DNA from: Halocafeteria seosinensis
Taxonomy: Eukaryota
Length of the DNA stretch: 54,220 bases
Direction: 5' to 3'
Assembly (NCBI GenBank): GCA_001687465.1
Contig: LVLI01000088.1
Span: 1-54,220 of the forward strand
The notes under the pieces were generated by a model. It made no database searches. It was not told where the DNA came from and saw nothing but the letters and a program-made list of their open reading frames with translations. Positions 48,927 to 54,220 of this stretch are shown here, piece by piece; position 1 is the stretch's first letter; each line of letters starts with the position of its first letter. Made by a program: the position numbers and the translations under genes.

Positions 48927-51900
48927 ATGAACCACTCAAAGAGGAAAATTCCATTCACACCTGATGAAGGTGCGAAAGGAGTAGCGCAAACGACCACATC
49001 AAATAGAGTAAATGAACATGTGAAACCAGTTGGGAGATATTCCAGACTGACACTGCTGACTCCTTTTCCCAAAGAAGCGCAAGGTATAGACTTCGACGAA
49101 GATCTAGAGCATCTGGCGGAGGATGAAGCCAAACTCGACGAACCGACGTTGAAAGGATACGGCAACCGAACAGACGACCATCTTGATGACACCGGTGGGG
49201 AGGATACAGCGTTGCACGATTGGTAAACAAAGGATGTCCAGCCTGCGCGCGAGCTACTATATTACTGACCATCTTCCCCTTGATGATGTGTGCTTTGATA
49301 GCTTCCAAGCTTTCAATCATTTCCTTTGGGGATGTTTACCACAGGATTAACCACGGCCATCTAAGCGCGTACGCGAAGGAACAACGACGCTGCGACGCCA
49401 AGTTTGCGGGCTTCTGGGTCATCCTTGGACCCGTGATGCTTCAACTTCTCCTTGTCTTCTTCCAATACGCCCGAGCAAGAAGCTACGATATTCTATAGGC
49501 CCCAAGTGTGAAGGATATAAACCGAAAAAGAGTGAAAAGCCAGTACAGGGAACGCCAGAAGCGGAAAATCCGGGTTTCTGCACGCGGTATTGGTCAAGAA
49601 CTGTCAGATCAGTCTACAGAGGCAGGAAGCTCGGTTCATTCTATTTCAGAATTTCGGGAGCGAAATATATCCAATGTAGGTAAAACTGCCTACAGTATAC
49701 CTAGCTCAACAGCGTCAACAGTATCTGAATTCGTCGAAGATCTCGACTTGCCTCGATCCCCCGACACCAAGCGAAGTCTGTCGTCATCTGAAGACACGGC
49801 AACAAGTTCGGTTCCACGAGGTTTGAGACGAAAAGACTACAAATCAAAATGCTCTAAGGCCGTATGGCTGATTCTAGGTGTAAGTGAATAAAGTATTGAT
49901 CTCCGTTATAGTGTAAACGCTTAAGCTCGGTGTCCCCACAGTTATTCCTCGACGCTGCCCTTTCCGCCATCGGAAGCATGTACCTGTTATTTACAGTGAT
50001 TCCCTCGCAACACTGGATTTGGACGGGATCGCAGATGTTGACAATACCTGTAATGTGGAATCTCTTAGGATTTGCGCGCCGAGCGTGGGGCACGGATGCC
50101 GGGAAAGATTCAGCCTTAAAAATGAAACTGAGACTAATGGGTGATCTCTGGGCGTCAATCGGGCAAATAGCTTTGCTAGTGGGACTAGCATCAGCTTCAT
50201 CTGCCGAACCCTTGCTAACAGCCAAAGGGCTAGCTCTGCCTTTTTCACTCTTCGGCGGAATAAATCTTCTACGGACGCGTCTTAGCCCTGACCGAAGCGC
50301 CACCGGGGCACCCAATGTCTTCAATGACGAACCAGCGAAAAGGTTCAAGTATGCATCTATTCGACTATTTCTGGAGGCGGCACTCATTGCGTCGTTTGGG
50401 ACATTTCATTGGGGGCAAACTTCGGGAGTCCCTTCGACCCAAACACACTGCTCGACTAATTCGCACTTGTTCCTGTTTCGATACCGAGAAGTATTATCTA
50501 ACGAGTATTTTCCGCTGACTGTGGTTCATATGGGGTCGTCATTTCTCGCAATCTTGCTAGCAAAACTGGGATGCAGTATGAGGATGAGTCTAATGGGATT
50601 GGCCTTTCCGCTTTCGATGTTTTGGCCCATCTTCTTTATCTGCGCAGCGAACTTGTCTGGAACATTTCCGCACCCATTCACTTGGAGAGCAAACGCCATC
50701 CATGATCAAGAGCTTTTCATTCTTATTGGCATAGGATATTTAGCACATGTGAGTACTATCATGCTTTTCTGTCTATTGTATTCAGTCGCCCACGCTGTAT
50801 TAAATATTGTATTATTTCCTCTCCATCCAGTGCTGGACTGCCCGCCATCTTTGGTATGAGCAGGATAAATCTTTGTCTCCCGAAAGATCCGTGTGGTACT
50901 CGCCCTTCTTCAACACCCTGGTCCTGGATCATTCACTTATGCTCACTAGAGGCGCTAAAGCTCCCCGTTGGAAAGCATTTGGAAGGCAGAAGGCCCCCTT
51001 TAAACGAACGACCAATCTAGGTGACACTTCTCGGCCTCTCCGCACTCCACCACATGGAATTGCCGATAGCTTGCCTGATGAGAGTGACGATAAATCCATA
51101 GGACATGCCCAAAGCGTAGGAAGCATTTCTTCAGTACCAAACGCCGCTGATGAGACACAGCAATTAATTATCCAGGTAAGTAACCGCAGGGGGAAAGTTG
51201 AGCGCTCGAAAGCCTGAAACAGTTGAATGATCTACCATTCCGTCCAACAGATGTCGCAAGACCTTGAGGCACGTGCACCTACCTTAACCGCGAAACGTAA
51301 ACAACAGCACATCGTTCTTGCAACTTGCATGTGGCATGAGAGCCCAAAGGAAATGTTACAGTGGGTATCCTCTCTCAGCAATGTTATTGCAAACGTAATG
51401 AAAACGGCGAAGAGGTATGTCATGTAGATTGTCGAACGCCCTGACACAGATCTCCGAAGGATTGTATGCTGTACTGGTGTGCAGGTTCTTCATTTCACCG
51501 ACTGGAGTATACTCCAGAGATACGTACGAGGCACATGTGGTTGTGGATTCAGCTTTCGAGAGACCACGAGATTTTGTCAAGAATGAGGAAGAAGCAGAAG
51601 CTGACAAGCAATCGGACTTCCGGAGACCCAATCGGTACACCGAGTGCCTCCTCAAACTTATCGAGGAGGAAATAGGAGCCACGATTCCGTTTGAGACGAT
51701 TGGTGATAGCTTATTTGCCAATCAAATGCTGACTGAGTATGGGATCGTGCTGAAAGTGAACTTGATCCCTCCTGAAGTACATCAAGAAATCCAGGACATT
51801 GTAAGAAAAGACTACTGTAGCTACCAAGGCATCAGTGAACACAAAGACTTGTCGAACGACACTATTTTTCTAAAGCTTTTAGAGCATTTTGACGTGGATT

Positions 51901-52837
51901 TTGTACTGTACATCCACTTGAAGGTAGGTCTGAAGTGTAATGCAAGGGTTTGTTATCAAAGGATAGTACAAGTGTGTGAGTGCTGTCTTTGCAGGATCCC
52001 ATATTGACAAAGCCAGGGAAGCGAGCGAATCAGATACTATACATGAACTTCGTCCTTGGGGAACTAGAGAGACGGAAGCGAGAAGAACACTGTAACAGAA
52101 GAACGAAATGTGTGCCCTCTATGAAAAACACCCTGCTGCTAACAACTGATGGTGATACCTCGTACGATATTCAAAGATGTAGATGCATTGGTAGATTCTC
52201 TGGTATGTTAGCACTGCATCATATTCTCTGCGTTGACACTCGTTCATGAAATGACACTTCTACTCCAGATACGTGATGACGAAGTTGCCGGAGCTTGTGG
52301 TCGAATCAGACCCCTCGGCTCAGGGTTAATGGTGTGGTTCCAACAATTCGAATATGCGGCCGGACACTGGTTCCAAAAGTCGACAGAACACGTTCTAGGG
52401 ACTGTACAGTGCTGCCCCGGCTGTTTCAGTATTTGGCTCAACGAAATATTGTACGACTACTCACAGAGAAGCGAGAGTGGCCAAGAATATCTGCGCAAAG
52501 ATCAAGGCGAAGATAGGTGGATGTGCACGCTCCTGATTCAGCATGGGTGGAAAATGAGTTACTGTGCTGCAGCCGTAGCATACACATTTGCACCTGAAAG
52601 TTTTAACATGTTCTTCGACCAACGGCGAAGGTGGCTGTCATCTACAATGGCAAATATGTACGATCTCATCCGTGTTGGCGGGAGGGTGGGTGGCAAAGAA
52701 GCATGGACGCTCTGGCCTCCCGTTTTTATACCGCCTGTACATCATTGTGATGTTTTGCCTCAGTCTGCTGACACCCGCAACCATTATTCTTCTGGTTGCA
52801 GGAGGAATTGAGCTGGCATCCCAAGTGGGATCGGGTA
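48927..52837 (+). pseudogene. CHS: Chitin synthase paralog 3, frameshifted and 3'-truncated
   Basis: Frameshift ~49215, in-frame TAG 49496-49498, +1 insertion ~52170, 12-nt deletion ~52436 (W[RMSR]LNE), +4 GGTG duplication ~52690. Homology stops at ~52837. Confidence 0.85.
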
Positions 52838-54220
52838 GAGCGGGACACGTTTCCAAATTGTATTTGTGAATTATTTCCAAATAATCTAGTTCAACTTCAA
52901 CATGACACTAACACTCAAACAATTTCGACACATTCATGAAGTTATGTAATTGCGTTGTTGCAATCGTTGCTCACTTTAACCAAACAGGTGCGAAGCGCTT
53001 CTATACAGTTTGCCGGGTTGAATAGCGCTATATCAGCCGAAATATGCAAGCCATGAAGGTAGCAAAGGTAGGAATTTTTTGGAATCATTTGCAACCTAAC
53101 AACGGACACTGGTATCCTAAATCAAAGATGCAGGAAGGAGAATTCACCCCTGATGAGGCCCTAAAGATGCCTAGGAGCCTGCTGGGAAACTAAAGCGAGC
53201 GGTGAAACGCGATGATGACAGTCAGGAGTACGGGCGCTGAAAGCAAACCAGAAGCGCCCGATCTAGAAGCCTTAGGAGGGTTTGCTAGAAGAGTCGTAGA
53301 AAGGACTGATTCTGTTGACGACATAAGACGCAAGTCTGTGTCCTGCAGCTTGCGCTACGGATGTACAAGCATCCGTAGCGCACCAGACCTATAGCCCCGT
53401 GGTGGTGTACAGCCTTATCGTCGGCAGAAAGCCAGGGTGTTACATTCTCCAATTGTATTGTACACGTAGCACGAAGCCCAACAAGTGCACAATCGAACAG
53501 CGCTATGTACATACTTTGATACCTGATGAGCATACCGTAGATTGCCTTCGAGTGGAGACCAAGGAGCGGGCAATTGAACCAGACGAGGCTGAAAAACAAG
53601 ATGTTAAAGCTGGTTCTTGTAAAAACTGCAAATTTCAAGTGACATTCATTTTCGAATTCAAGCGATAACCTTTGGTCAGTCTTCGACGATTGCGTCTCCT
53701 ATACTGCAACTTGTGGTGGGCCTTTTCGAGGACAATGGGCCAATGGTTTTCGTATAATCTTCACCGATGATGCGAAAGGCTTCCGGAAAGCCGTTCGAAG
53801 ATCGCTACCTCGGACGCACCATAGAGGATGCGGCTTCCACATGTTCCAAACGTGGCGGGGTTGGCTCCGTCATTTCAAGGATAAGGCGAAGATAGGGAGA
53901 GCCAAAACGCTGCTCTGGAAAGCAATAACCTCCATAGATCTCCGAGTCACTGACGAACATTGGGAAGCACTCTATGCCCTCTGCAAAGAAAACTTGGCGA
54001 GGAAACATTGGTCATTTCTGCATTACTCAGCAGAAATCGTCATTATAGGTCCGTTAAGGGGTTCCCCGACAGGTCTTCGTGGGAAGCTCCTTTGCGAATA
54101 GTATAACTGAATCAGCAAACAACATGGTCAAGCGCCAAGGAATTTGTAAAGCACGTTCAACTCTGAGGGTTATCTACGTAACCTCTGCAACGTTTGATAG
54201 CAGTGTCATCAAACTTGACG
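52838..54220 (+). mobile_element. Degenerate Mutator-like (MULE) DNA transposon, left part
   Basis: IFTDDAKGFRKAVRRSLPRTHHRGCGFHMFQTW (second catalytic D + CxxH, ~53757-53855) and, after a frameshift, ANSITESANNMVK (catalytic E motif, ~54094-54132). Begins GAGCGG exactly where chitin synthase homology ends. Confidence 0.75.
53351..53382. repeat. Perfect 13-bp inverted repeat with 6-nt spacer
   Basis: TGCGCTACGGATG-tacaag-CATCCGTAGCGCA. Confidence 0.85.

Noticed and set aside
7800..52880. Numerous antisense or overlapping short ORFs in the track
   Set aside because: Shadow ORFs of real exons with no independent motifs.

Overview
Eukaryotic (flagellated protist-like) genomic DNA with compact, intron-containing genes. 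Bases 1-~4798 are the AT-rich, intronless end of an integrated Polinton/Maverick-like element: protein-primed PolB with an inserted endonuclease-VII-like module, rve integrase with chromodomain, and a GIY-YIG nuclease. A ~370-nt terminal segment then folds into a nested, G.T-wobble-rich structure and ends in ...ACT followed by a candidate 6-bp TSD (CACGTG). Host genes follow: a BAH-ELM2-SANT-PAH chromatin protein, a beta-propeller-like protein, KAP3, a decayed TSP1-repeat gene, importin-4, a DENN protein, a RhoGAP, an Asp/Asn beta-hydroxylase-domain protein and SWI3/SMARCC. The last 19 kb hold three tandem animal-type chitin synthase paralogs: one with an intact ORF but altered catalytic motifs, one canonical, and one pseudogene truncated by a degenerate Mutator-like transposon. 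Exon boundaries were read by eye; no searches or folding programs were run.
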